Positions 1-9,343 of a DNA stretch of 64,000 nt are shown here, in pieces; positions within the stretch are counted from its first letter, which is position 1; every line of letters starts with the position of its first letter. The position numbers and the translations under genes are program-made. The notes below the pieces were generated by a model. That model made no database searches. It saw nothing but the letters and a program-made list of their open reading frames with translations, and was not told where the DNA came from. Source of the stretch: an uncultured Actinomycetes bacterium (lineage in GTDB: Bacteria; Actinomycetota; UBA4738; JBBDTT01). The stretch is from contig CAVUMN010000004.1 of the NCBI GenBank assembly GCA_963742735.1, positions 384,001 through 448,000 of the forward strand, read 5' to 3'.

Positions 1-306
1 GGCGTCTCCACCAGCGCCAGGACGGGTCTCGGCCTCGCCCTGGCCCGGCACTTCCCGCGGGCCACCGACGTCGTCGTCGGGTGGCGGTTCCGGCGCTCCG
101 GCCGCACCCTCGCGCCGGCCGCCGCACCCCACCGGCCCGCCCTCCAGCCGCGGGAGGTACGGGCAGCGGGCTGACTCCCCCGCATTGGGTTCAATCCGGA
201 CATCTCATGCCTGGAAGAGGCAGGGATCGGGCCGGGAACGACGTATTTGAATGGGCAGGTGCGCCCACCTATGCTCGACCGACCCGCCAAGGAGGCTTGC
301 CCCCCG

Positions 307-1683
307 ATGCGATCCGCCCGCACGGTCTTCCGGACGATCACCCTGCTTCTCGTGCTCACCACGGCCTTCGTCGGGCTTCCCGCCGGTGCGGCCCTGGCGA
401 ATCACGGGTCGAACACGATCGACGCCGACCCCGAGACCCAGTCGAAGGAAGCCAACGCCGAGGGTGAGGCCGGCACCGCCACGATCACGGCGGTCTACTC
501 CTCTCCCCTGATCATCGCGCTCGCGGGACCCAACATCGACTTCGAGATCGAGTCCGGGCCCGGCGACACCGACGGGAACACTCCCCGCTCGCCGGACATG
601 ACCTGCGACATCGGCCCGCTGATCCTCACCACCTGCTCGGTGGACTACACGGCGCCGAGCCGCGGGATCGACATCGTCCGCGTGTGGATCGACCACGACG
701 CCGACGACCAGACCGTGGAATACGACAACGACGAGGGCCTCGACGAGACGATCGTGCCCGGGGCGGCCGAGCCGGACATCACCGACGTGGTCCACGTCAA
801 CTGGACGCAGGGTCCGGCGGTCAAGCTGGACTGCGACGACCGAGCGGGCGACGACACCGAGAAGTACTTCACCTCCGAGAGCCCCACCTACAAGTGCAAG
901 GCCTCCGACGCCGGCAACGTGGGTCTCGAGGGCATCCTGATCGACGGCGAGAACCTCAGCTCCAACGGCGTCAACGATCCCGAGAGCGTCGACGCCGACT
1001 ACGACAACTTCTGCACCACGGGTGGCGACGGCACCTGCACGGCCTCGATACCCACCCAGGGCGACATGGGCACCGCCGACATCTGCTTCTGGACCGACAA
1101 CGACGAGGACAACGTGTACGACCCGCTGGCGGAGAACGAGGACGCGTCCGTCAACCACACCGACGGAGGCGACTGCGACAGCGAGAAGCACGACGAGCCC
1201 GAGAACAGCGACCGCACCGACGTCGTCCGGCCGACGTGGGAGCGGGAGACCGTCGCGCCGGTCAGCGTTCTGGTCCGCCCGAAACGGGGCGTGACCTACC
1301 AGCAGAACGCGATCATGCAGTTCCAGGCCACCGCCACCGACGCCAACTCCAGCGTGGAGCTGGTGCAGTTCGCCCTGCGCAAGTACCTCAAGAGCGGCAA
1401 GTGCGCGAACTGGGACGGCACGAAGTTCGTCACCGGGTCCTGCTCCCTGCGGGTGTGGATCAACGGCAGCTTCGACACCAAGGGGACCACCGACCCTGCG
1501 GACGACGTGTGGAAATACGACCTCCCGAACCGAATGAACCCGAGCACGGCCGGCGGTTACCAGGCCAAGGACTACGTGGTCCTGTCGCGGGCGTGGGACT
1601 CGTCCGGGAACATCGAGTCGGTGTTCACCAACGGACGGAACCGCAACGTGTTCGAGGTCGCGCCCTCCCCGCAGCCGGCGTAA
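307..1683 (+). CDS. Secreted acidic, Asp/Cys-rich protein of unknown function (Ig-like segments likely)
   Basis: GGAGG at 291-295 before ATG 307; signal peptide ending ALA-N; very Asp-rich with paired Cys; GC-rich third codon positions. Confidence 0.7.
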   Translation: MRSARTVFRTITLLLVLTTAFVGLPAGAALANHGSNTIDADPETQSKEANAEGEAGTATITAVYSSPLIIALAGPNIDFEIESGPGDTDGNTPRSPDMTCDIGPLILTTCSVDYTAPSRGIDIVRVWIDHDADDQTVEYDNDEGLDETIVPGAAEPDITDVVHVNWTQGPAVKLDCDDRAGDDTEKYFTSESPTYKCKASDAGNVGLEGILIDGENLSSNGVNDPESVDADYDNFCTTGGDGTCTASIPTQGDMGTADICFWTDNDEDNVYDPLAENEDASVNHTDGGDCDSEKHDEPENSDRTDVVRPTWERETVAPVSVLVRPKRGVTYQQNAIMQFQATATDANSSVELVQFALRKYLKSGKCANWDGTKFVTGSCSLRVWINGSFDTKGTTDPADDVWKYDLPNRMNPSTAGGYQAKDYVVLSRAWDSSGNIESVFTNGRNRNVFEVAPSPQPA

Positions 1684-1686
1684 CCG

Positions 1687-2451
1687 CTAGCCGGATCCCA
1701 CCGGGTCGGTCCTGATCAGCCGCGCCCGCACGATCAGCCGCTCGCGCGCGCTTCCCTCGGGATGGCAGGTCGTGAGGGTCAGGTAGAAGCCGTCGAGCTC
1801 GTCAACCACCGACCAGTCGGCAGGGTGGGTGACGAAGGGGCTTCGCACGACCTCGTACCAGCAGGTCCCCAGCGGCGTCTCCAGCACGATCTCGTCACCG
1901 ATCTCCATCTCGTCGACCCGGGCGAACGGCTTCGAGTAGGTGGTGCGGTGGCCGGCGATGGCCGCGTTCCCGGACTCGCACGGAAGCGCCGTCCCCTGAT
2001 AGTGCCCGGCCCCCGCCCGCAGGGACGAGAGCGTGGTGCCCTCCACGACGATCGCGTCCACCCCCAGGCTCGGAATCTCGATGCGCGTCAGCGCCGAGCC
2101 GGGCTCGATCGAGCGCGTCTCGTAGGCCTGACGGGTCTCCGGCGAGCGGAACTCCGTCGCCAGGCGGTCCTGCTTCCAGTCGGCGTACCAGTTCGTGGCG
2201 AAGGGGAACATGAACATCCCCACCCCGGTCAGGAAGAGCAGGACCGACAGGCCCATGAGCATCCTCCGGGCGACCGGCCGGCGCCGCCAGACGTCGAACA
2301 GCAGGCCCACGACCGAGCCCGCACGGCGCACCGGCCCGGGCGGGCGCTCGTCCGGGACCGAAGGCCGCGGCAGGACCTCGCGGGGGTAGATCGGGTCCTT
2401 CGGAAGCCGCGGCAGGACCGGTTCGTCGTCGGGGAGATCGCCGGTTGACAC
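1687..2451 (-). CDS. Class E sortase
   Basis: N-terminal TM; GAGHY, IAGHRTTY, catalytic TLTTCHP and RLIVRA motifs. Confidence 0.9.
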   Translation of the reverse strand: MSTGDLPDDEPVLPRLPKDPIYPREVLPRPSVPDERPPGPVRRAGSVVGLLFDVWRRRPVARRMLMGLSVLLFLTGVGMFMFPFATNWYADWKQDRLATEFRSPETRQAYETRSIEPGSALTRIEIPSLGVDAIVVEGTTLSSLRAGAGHYQGTALPCESGNAAIAGHRTTYSKPFARVDEMEIGDEIVLETPLGTCWYEVVRSPFVTHPADWSVVDELDGFYLTLTTCHPEGSARERLIVRARLIRTDPVGSG

Positions 2452-2469
2452 CGAGAGGGTTCCTCCGCC

Positions 2470-2515
2470 AATATATCGGTTCGATATATTGAGTCGATAG
2501 ATCGTGTCGATATAG
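2470..2515. promoter_or_regulatory. Probable PadR operator array between the divergent sortase and padR-ino1
   Basis: Perfect inverted repeat AATATATCG-GTT-CGATATATT (2470-2490) continuing as 13-bp-period repeats to 2515; AT-rich island in GC-rich DNA. Confidence 0.7.
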
Positions 2516-2535
2516 GGAACGCGGAAGGGATTCTA

Positions 2536-3153
2536 ATGCTCGAACTCGCGGTGCTGGGCCTCCTGAAGGAGCGCACCATGCACGGCTACCAGCTCAAGAA
2601 GCGGCTGTCCGACACGCTGGGCGCATTCTGGCAGGTGTCGTATGGCTCGCTTTACCCCGCCCTCAAGCGGCTCCAGCGTGAGGGAGCCGTGGAGATGGTC
2701 TTCGCCAAGGAGGAGGTCGGGCGGCGCAAGAACGTGTACCGGGTCACGCCGCAGGGGGAGCAGCTGTTCCAGTCGCTCCTCGAGGAGACGGGCAGCGAGG
2801 CGGGCGAGGACCACAAGTTCCAGATCCGCCTGGCGTTCTTCCGGTACCTGCGCCCCGAGACCCGCATCGGGGTCCTCGAGCGTCGCCGGGCCTACCTGCA
2901 GGGGCGGCTCGCGCAGCTCGAACGCTCGTTCAGCGACTACCGCGAGCGGAGCGACGGCTACACGCTCAGCCTGATGCGCCACGGCGTTGACGCCGTCGAG
3001 CACGACATCAAGTGGCTCGACGGGCTCATCGACGCCGAGCGGCGCAACGCCAAGACGACGCCCACTCGGCGGCCGGCCAGGGGGACGCGTGCCCGCGCGA
3101 CCCGGCCGACCCCCTCCAATCCATCCCCCGTCCCTCAGAAGGAGAACGCGTGA
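2536..3153 (+). CDS. PadR family transcriptional regulator (Rv0047c-like)
   Basis: [29 protein letters not shown] wHTH signature; coupled to ino1 as in other actinobacteria. Confidence 0.9.
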   Translation: MLELAVLGLLKERTMHGYQLKKRLSDTLGAFWQVSYGSLYPALKRLQREGAVEMVFAKEEVGRRKNVYRVTPQGEQLFQSLLEETGSEAGEDHKFQIRLAFFRYLRPETRIGVLERRRAYLQGRLAQLERSFSDYRERSDGYTLSLMRHGVDAVEHDIKWLDGLIDAERRNAKTTPTRRPARGTRARATRPTPSNPSPVPQKENA

Positions 3154-4280
3154 TGACTGAGAAGATCCGGCTCGCGATCGTCGGCGTCGGCAACTGCGCC
3201 TCGTCCCTGATGCAGGGGATCGAGTTCTACCGCGGGGTCGACCCGGCCGACGACGTCCCCGGTCTGATGCACGTGAAGCTCGGTCCGTATCACGTCTCCG
3301 ACGTGGAGGTCGTGGCCGCGTTCGACGTGGACGGCAAGAAGGTCGGCCACGACGTGGCCGAGGCGATCTTCACCGAGCCGAACAACACCACGAAGTTCGC
3401 GGACGTCCCGCCGCTGGGGATCGACGTCCTTCGCGGGCCGACGTACGACGGGCTCGGGCACTACTACCGCGAGGTCATCACCGAGTCGGACGAGCCGGCC
3501 GTCGACGTCGCCCAGGCGCTCCGCGACGCCCACGCCGACGTCGTCATCTCCTACCTGCCCGTCGGCAGCGAGGAGGCCACGAAGCACTACGCGCAGGCCG
3601 CGATCCTGGCCGGCGCCGGGTTCGTGAACTGCATGCCGGTGTTCATCGCCTCGCAGACCGAGTGGGCGAAGCGCTTCGCGGACGCCGGCGTGCCGATCGT
3701 GGGCGACGACATCAAGAGCCAGGTCGGGGCCACGATCGTCCACCGGATCCTCGCGAAGCTGTTCGAGGACCGCGGTGTCCAGCTCGACCACACCTCCCAG
3801 CTGAACTTCGGCGGGAACATGGACTTCATGAACATGCTCGAGCGCGAGCGCCTTTCGTCCAAGAAGATCTCCAAGACCCAGTCGGTGCAGTCCCAGCTCC
3901 GCAACGAGCTGTCGAAGGACGACATCCACATCGGCCCCTCCGACTACGTGCCGTGGCTGCAGGACCGCAAGTGGGCGCACATCCGCCTGGAGGGCCGCGA
4001 GTTCGGCAACGTCCCGATGTCCATCGAGCTGAAGCTCGAGGTGTGGGACAGCCCGAACTCGGCCGGCGTCGCCATCGACGCGATCCGCTGCGCGAAGATC
4101 GCCCTCGACCGCGGGCAGGGCGGCCCCCTCATCGGGCCCTCCGCCTACTTCATGAAGTCGCCGCCGGTGCAGTTCTCCGACGAGGGTGCCCGGGAGATGG
4201 TGGAGGAGTTCATCATCGGCAACGGCGCATCCTCGAAGGCCGACTGGACCGCGTTCTTCGACGCCAAGCCCACCAGCTAG
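3153..4280 (+). CDS. ino1: Inositol-3-phosphate synthase
   Basis: [45 protein letters not shown] motifs; TGATG overlap with padR. Confidence 0.97.
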   Translation: MTEKIRLAIVGVGNCASSLMQGIEFYRGVDPADDVPGLMHVKLGPYHVSDVEVVAAFDVDGKKVGHDVAEAIFTEPNNTTKFADVPPLGIDVLRGPTYDGLGHYYREVITESDEPAVDVAQALRDAHADVVISYLPVGSEEATKHYAQAAILAGAGFVNCMPVFIASQTEWAKRFADAGVPIVGDDIKSQVGATIVHRILAKLFEDRGVQLDHTSQLNFGGNMDFMNMLERERLSSKKISKTQSVQSQLRNELSKDDIHIGPSDYVPWLQDRKWAHIRLEGREFGNVPMSIELKLEVWDSPNSAGVAIDAIRCAKIALDRGQGGPLIGPSAYFMKSPPVQFSDEGAREMVEEFIIGNGASSKADWTAFFDAKPTS

Positions 4281-4334
4281 GCACTCCCGCCCGAGTCCCG
4301 CCGTACGGGGGCGCCTCCACGTAGGCTGCCCCGC

Positions 4335-5792
4335 GTGACCCGGCCGATCGACCGCGCGAAGCGAGCGTTGAGCTCGGCCGATTTCCGGTTCCTGCTGACG
4401 GGGCGCCTGCTCTCCCAGTTCGCCGACGGGCTGTTCCAGGCCGTGCTGGTCACCCTCATCGTCTTCCTGGCGCCGGAGGAGCAGTCGACGGCCGCCGGCC
4501 TGGCCCGGGCCACCGCGATCCTGGTCGTGCCCTACTCCGTGGTGGGGCCGTTCGCGGGCGTGTTCATCGACCGGTGGTCGCGGCGGGGGATCCTTCGCAC
4601 CACCCCGCTCATCCGCGGGGCCGCGGCTCTGGCCATCCTCCCGCTGGTGGGCGAGAGTTTGGTGCTATACGCGTTCGCCCTGGTGGTGACGTCGCTGAAC
4701 CGCTTCTACCTGGCCACCGCGAGCGCCTCGCTCCCTTCGCTGGTCGAGGAGGACGACCTGCTCGTCGCCAACTCGATGGCCGCCGTGGGAGGCACCGTGA
4801 CGACCTTCCTCGGGTTCGGGATCGGGACGCAGTTCGCCGACGCCATCGGGTCGGACCCGCTGCTGCTCGCCATGGGCGTCCTCTACGCGATCGCGGCGTT
4901 CATGGCCTCGCGGATCCGGACGCCGCTTCGGCCCAAGGGCCTCCGGGAGACGAAGAAGATCAACCTGGCCGGCCACGCCAGAGACCTGGTCGCGGGGCTG
5001 CGCCGCCTCCGGGCCACTCCGCCGGCGCTCGCCTCGATCGTGTCGCTCGCCCTCGACCAGATCATGGTCGGGATCGTCACGGCGCTCTCGCTCGTCGTGT
5101 TCCGTGACCTCTTCGACCAGGGGGTCGCGTCGTACGGGCGGATCGTGGGGGCCGGCGGCGTCGGCATCCTTGTCGGCATCGTCACGGTCGGCGTGCTCGA
5201 GTCACGGATGTCCAAGCCCCGCATCGTCGCGGTCGGGTTCGCCCTGGCCGGGGTGGTGTGCCTGGCGATGGCGCCGTTCGTCACCGGCTTCACGATGCTC
5301 GTCGTCTCGTTCACGCTCGGGCTCACGTTCGCGTACCGGAAGATCCCGGCGGACACGATCGTCCAGGAGTCGGTGCCCGACCGGTACCGCGGCCGGATCT
5401 TCGCCGCGTACGACTTCTGCTACGGGCTGGCGCGCCCGGTCGGGGTGGCCCTCTCGATCCCGCTGATCCCCGCGGAGGCCACGAAGGCGTCCACCGGCGG
5501 CCTCGTCGCGCTGGTCGGGCTCGTCTACCTGCTGTGGACGCCCATCCTGCCGTTCTGGATCCGCCGGCCGCGCCAGGTGACGATGCGCTTCTACTCGGGT
5601 GGGCGGGCCGAGGAGGTCCCTCGGGCGATCGTCGTCGCCGGGGAGGAGGAGCCCGTCGAGGTCGAGGAATCCGTCCTCGAGGAGGTCGACGGCAAGCGGC
5701 GGCGGCGGTATCGGCTGCGCGCCGAGGACGGCAACCTCATCGAGGTGTGGGCGCCGGAGGGCGCCGAAACCTGGACCGTGGACCGGTGGTAG
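4335..5792 (+). CDS. MFS transporter with extra soluble C-terminal domain
   Basis: RLLSQFADGLFQ, GVFIDRWSRR motif A, VPDRYRGRIFA; about 12 hydrophobic segments. Confidence 0.85.
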   Translation: MTRPIDRAKRALSSADFRFLLTGRLLSQFADGLFQAVLVTLIVFLAPEEQSTAAGLARATAILVVPYSVVGPFAGVFIDRWSRRGILRTTPLIRGAAALAILPLVGESLVLYAFALVVTSLNRFYLATASASLPSLVEEDDLLVANSMAAVGGTVTTFLGFGIGTQFADAIGSDPLLLAMGVLYAIAAFMASRIRTPLRPKGLRETKKINLAGHARDLVAGLRRLRATPPALASIVSLALDQIMVGIVTALSLVVFRDLFDQGVASYGRIVGAGGVGILVGIVTVGVLESRMSKPRIVAVGFALAGVVCLAMAPFVTGFTMLVVSFTLGLTFAYRKIPADTIVQESVPDRYRGRIFAAYDFCYGLARPVGVALSIPLIPAEATKASTGGLVALVGLVYLLWTPILPFWIRRPRQVTMRFYSGGRAEEVPRAIVVAGEEEPVEVEESVLEEVDGKRRRRYRLRAEDGNLIEVWAPEGAETWTVDRW

Positions 5793-5833
5793 GTTTGAGT
5801 TTCTGGCACCCCCCGACACCAAGGAGGACCCGC

Positions 5834-6223
5834 ATGCTCAAGGACTGGTTCCGCCCGGAGCGCACCGTGCACGCGCACTGCGACCTGCCGTGCGGCGTGT
5901 ACGACCCGGCCCAGGCGCGCATCGAGGCCGAGTCCGTGAAGGCGATCCAGGAGAAGTACGCGGACGGCGACGACGACTTCAAGACGCGCGCGATCGCCAT
6001 CAAGGAGGAGCGCGCGGACATGGTGAAGCACCACCTGTGGGTGTTGTGGACCGACTACTTCAAGCCCGAGCACCTCGAGAAGTTCCCCGAGCTGCACGAC
6101 ACGTTCTGGAAGGCCACCAAGGAGGCCGGCGCCGCCAAGAAGTCCGTGGACCCGAAGCAGGGCCAGGCGCTCCTGGATCTCATCGCCGAGGTGGACCGCA
6201 TCTTCTGGGAGACCAAGAAGTAG
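5834..6223 (+). CDS. sodN: Nickel superoxide dismutase precursor
   Basis: AAGGAGG RBS; 14-aa leader followed by Ni-hook HCDLPCGVYDPA; KHHLWVLWTDYFKP. Confidence 0.97.
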   Translation: MLKDWFRPERTVHAHCDLPCGVYDPAQARIEAESVKAIQEKYADGDDDFKTRAIAIKEERADMVKHHLWVLWTDYFKPEHLEKFPELHDTFWKATKEAGAAKKSVDPKQGQALLDLIAEVDRIFWETKK

Positions 6224-6234
6224 CGCCCCGCCGG

Positions 6235-6585
6235 CTGGTCCTGCTCTCCCTGGGCGCGCTGGCGCTGTTCGCCGCGTATCGCCGGTATCGCCCGTTCCCC
6301 GTCGTGGTCGAGGGCGGCTCGATGCTGCCGGCGATCCCCCCCGGCGCCTTCCTGGTCGCCACCGAGCGTGGCCGGGTTCGTCCCGGCGCCGTGGTCGTCG
6401 TCGACCGTCACGATCGAGAGATCGTGAAGCGGGTCGACCGCGTCGGCGACGATGGGGTGGTGGTCCTGGGCGACAACCTCGCGCAGAGCACCGACAGCCG
6501 GGCCTTCGGACCGGTCCCCGAAGCCGCCATCCGCGGGGTGGCTCGAGCCGTGTACTGGCCGAGCGCCGCCTGGCGGCTCCTCTAG
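6235..6585 (+). CDS. sodX: Ni-SOD maturation peptidase (S26 family); start uncertain
   Basis: VVVEGGSMLP (Ser), IVKRV (Lys), LGDN..STDSRAFGPV; directly downstream of sodN. Confidence 0.85.
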   Translation: MVLLSLGALALFAAYRRYRPFPVVVEGGSMLPAIPPGAFLVATERGRVRPGAVVVVDRHDREIVKRVDRVGDDGVVVLGDNLAQSTDSRAFGPVPEAAIRGVARAVYWPSAAWRLL

Positions 6586-7154
6586 GGCGAGGCCTGGGGC
6601 AGACGCTCCCCCTTCGCCGAGTGGGCGATGAGGGTCTCCAGGTGGGCCTGCCGCGTGGCCTCTCGCTTCGGGCTGACGACCCACCACGTCGCGACCTTGC
6701 GATAGCCAGGCGGCTGGGCCTCGAAGAAGGCCCAGGCTCGCTTCTTCGCGCGGAACACCGCCTTCTGTTCGTTCGTGAAGTCGATCTTGTCCCGTTCGAA
6801 GGAGTACCGGCGATCGACGTCGACCTCCCGCCGCTCGAAGGCCTCGAGGCCCGCGGACGCCACCTTGCCCCCGGCCCGGAGCCGCTCGAAGCGCTCCAGG
6901 TTCACATCGCTCCAGTACGTCTTCCGGACCCGCGGCGTGAACCGCATCGAGTAGCTGTCCTCGTCGATGCGCCGGCGGACGCCGTCGATCCACCCAAAGC
7001 ACAGGGCCTCCTCGACCGACTCGTCGTACGTGATGCTCGGGCGGCCCGACGCCACCTTGTGGAAGCCCACGACCAGCTCCTTCCTCGTGGCGTGGTTGCG
7101 CTCGAGCCACCGCCGCCACGCTGCTCGTGTTCGGAAGAACTTCGGCTCGGTCAC
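6582..7154 (-). CDS. YdeI/OmpD-associated (bacteriocin-protection) family protein
   Basis: WRRWLERNH, EEALCFGWIDG, FTPR...WS..N motifs; GTG overlaps the upstream stop. Confidence 0.85.
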   Translation of the reverse strand: MTEPKFFRTRAAWRRWLERNHATRKELVVGFHKVASGRPSITYDESVEEALCFGWIDGVRRRIDEDSYSMRFTPRVRKTYWSDVNLERFERLRAGGKVASAGLEAFERREVDVDRRYSFERDKIDFTNEQKAVFRAKKRAWAFFEAQPPGYRKVATWWVVSPKREATRQAHLETLIAHSAKGERLPQASP

Positions 7155-8071
7155 TCGGTCCCGCCGTCGAAGAGCACCACGTCGCAGCAGTCCGCCCATC
7201 TCGCATCGGAGGCCGCTCTCGAGGGCTCGCCGCGGCCCGGATGCAGCGTGGACTTTCCCTTCTTACGCTCCACCAGCCACCAACCCGTCCCGCCGTCGAG
7301 GCGCTCCAGCCAGAAGTGGGTCTCCCAGGAGCTGTACTGAGCCTTGGAGGCGCCCTGCTGAAGAACCGTGATCGCGATCCGCGTCGCCGAGCGCTCCGTC
7401 TCCCACGCCCCGGCCCGGCACCGCCGCTGTGGCGGCGCGTGCTTGCCGCATCGCTGCCAGTACAGCTCCCGACGTAGGACCTCGAAGGGGTCGTTCCGCC
7501 ACGTGTGCTCCGGATCGCCCGCCGCAACCGCCGCGTTCACCCCGTCGATCCGCTCGGGGAGATAGGCGAAGCCGGTGTGCTCTTTGGCCGAGTTGATATC
7601 CCACTCGAGGACCCGGTCGACGCATAGGTCCTCGTCGCCGACCAAGCAGTAGTCCTGGTGGAGCGCGAACGCTTCCTCACGCGAATGCTCCCGCCCAACA
7701 CGTTTGAGCAGGACCCATCCCGTTCGGCCGCACTCGAAGTCCTCCACCGCACGCGCCGCGATGAGGATCCGTGTCTGCGCGCCGGCAATGGTCCGGAACT
7801 CGTCCCACGCCAGCCCCGGCTCACCGACAGCGATCACCTCCCCGAGCAACCCCTCCTCCACAGGCGTGCACGCGTAGCCCGCGTAGAAGTCCTCACCGAG
7901 GAACGCACCGAAGACGCACGAGCCCGTGTCGGAGCACTCACCGGCCGTGGCGACCAGTGCCGATGCGCGAGACGGCGCGGGGTCCGGGCCGTCGGGCGGA
8001 CCGCCGGGCGGACTGCCGGTGCAGGCGGTCAACACCGCGAGGGCGAGCGCAAGCATCCTTTGGCACATCAC
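7151..8071 (-). CDS. Cys-rich lipoprotein, unknown function
   Basis: Lipobox LTAC after hydrophobic leader; many Cys; more A/T-ending codons than its neighbours. Confidence 0.6.
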   Translation of the reverse strand: MMCQRMLALALAVLTACTGSPPGGPPDGPDPAPSRASALVATAGECSDTGSCVFGAFLGEDFYAGYACTPVEEGLLGEVIAVGEPGLAWDEFRTIAGAQTRILIAARAVEDFECGRTGWVLLKRVGREHSREEAFALHQDYCLVGDEDLCVDRVLEWDINSAKEHTGFAYLPERIDGVNAAVAAGDPEHTWRNDPFEVLRRELYWQRCGKHAPPQRRCRAGAWETERSATRIAITVLQQGASKAQYSSWETHFWLERLDGGTGWWLVERKKGKSTLHPGRGEPSRAASDARWADCCDVVLFDGGTE

Positions 8072-8104
8072 GGATAGGACGGTACCGCTTGGGGGGCCGT
8101 TCCC

Positions 8105-9343
8105 TTACTCGGCGAACTCGAGCGAGGCGGGCTCGACGTGGCCGCCCCGCACGGACGGCAGGCGCCACAGGACCAGGGCGACCAGCAGGATCACCGGCAC
8201 CTGCATCAGCAGGGTCGCCGCCCGGGGACCCGCCGCGTCGGCGACCACGCCGTCGAGGATCCCCGCCGGGAACCGCATCCCGAGCGCGCAGAGCGTCCAG
8301 ATCGCCATCACCCGCCCGCGCACGCGGTCCGGGACGCTCTGCTGGATGCCCGTGGTGAACAGCGTGATCGTCGCCAGGCTGCCGACGCCGGCGACGAACA
8401 GCGCGATCAGGCCCACCTCGTAGGCCGGGCTCAGCCCGAAGCCGACCATCCCCAGGGCCATCACGCTCAGGGTCAGCGCGCCCAGACGGATGTTCGCCTC
8501 GGCCCTGCGGAACAGCCGGCCGATGCCGAACGCCGCGGCGATGCTTCCCGCCCCGAACGCGGTGATGAAGATCGGAGCCGCCGCCCCGCTGCGGCCGAAC
8601 TCGTCGACCGCGAACGCCGGCGCCAGCGTGTTCACCGGGTCCAGCGCGATCGCCAGCCCGGCGATGCCGAGCAGCATGCCCCGGACCGCCCGGTCGTCCC
8701 ACGCCGCGCGGAACCCCTCGGCGAGGGTCGAGCGGGTCTCCACCACCGGCGCCGGCCGGGGCCGGATCCGCAGCAGCGCCACGATGAACACCACGAACGT
8801 CAGCGCGTTCAGCGAGAACGCCAGCGTGTAGCTCAGCCCGGCCAGGGCCGCCGCGGCGAGGACCGGCCCGATCACCCGGGCGAGGTTGAACGTGACCGCG
8901 GTGAGCCCGACCGCGGGCCCGAGCTCGCGCGGCTCGACCAGCGAGGGGATCAGCGCATGCATCGTCGGGATCGACAGCGCGTATCCGATTCCCAGCACGA
9001 TCGACGTCGCGTAGATCCAACCCGGCGTGACCATGTCCAGCCCGGTCACGACCGCCAGCACCGCCACCGACCCGAACGACAGCGCCTGGGTCAGGACGAA
9101 GATCCGCCGCCGGTCGAAGCGGTCGGCCAGCGCGCCACCCACCAGCGCCAGGAACAGCACCGGCATGAACATGAGCGCGGTGGTCAGCCCGACCGCGGTG
9201 TTCCGGCCGGTGAGGTCGAACACGAGCACGGCCACCGCCGCGTTCTGGACGTAGGACCCGATCTGCGAGACGGCGTTGCCGATGAAGAACCACCGGAAGT
9301 CGGGGTTCGAGATCGCGGCCCGAGCCGGACCCGGCGGCTTCAG
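8105..9343 (-). CDS. MFS transporter (MFS_3-like); start probably a CTG overlapping the cca stop
   Basis: FRWFFIGNAVSQIG, GGALADRFDRRR, FNLARVIGP, VPDRVRGRVMA. Confidence 0.85.
   Translation of the reverse strand: MKPPGPARAAISNPDFRWFFIGNAVSQIGSYVQNAAVAVLVFDLTGRNTAVGLTTALMFMPVLFLALVGGALADRFDRRRIFVLTQALSFGSVAVLAVVTGLDMVTPGWIYATSIVLGIGYALSIPTMHALIPSLVEPRELGPAVGLTAVTFNLARVIGPVLAAAALAGLSYTLAFSLNALTFVVFIVALLRIRPRPAPVVETRSTLAEGFRAAWDDRAVRGMLLGIAGLAIALDPVNTLAPAFAVDEFGRSGAAAPIFITAFGAGSIAAAFGIGRLFRRAEANIRLGALTLSVMALGMVGFGLSPAYEVGLIALFVAGVGSLATITLFTTGIQQSVPDRVRGRVMAIWTLCALGMRFPAGILDGVVADAAGPRAATLLMQVPVILLVALVLWRLPSVRGGHVEPASLEFAE

Noticed and set aside
1-175. Partial gene at the window start
   Set aside because: Too short to fix frame or function
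175-300. Possible riboswitch before the first secreted protein
   Set aside because: Only short hairpins (TGCCT/AGGCA, AGGTG/CACCT); no recognisable aptamer or terminator
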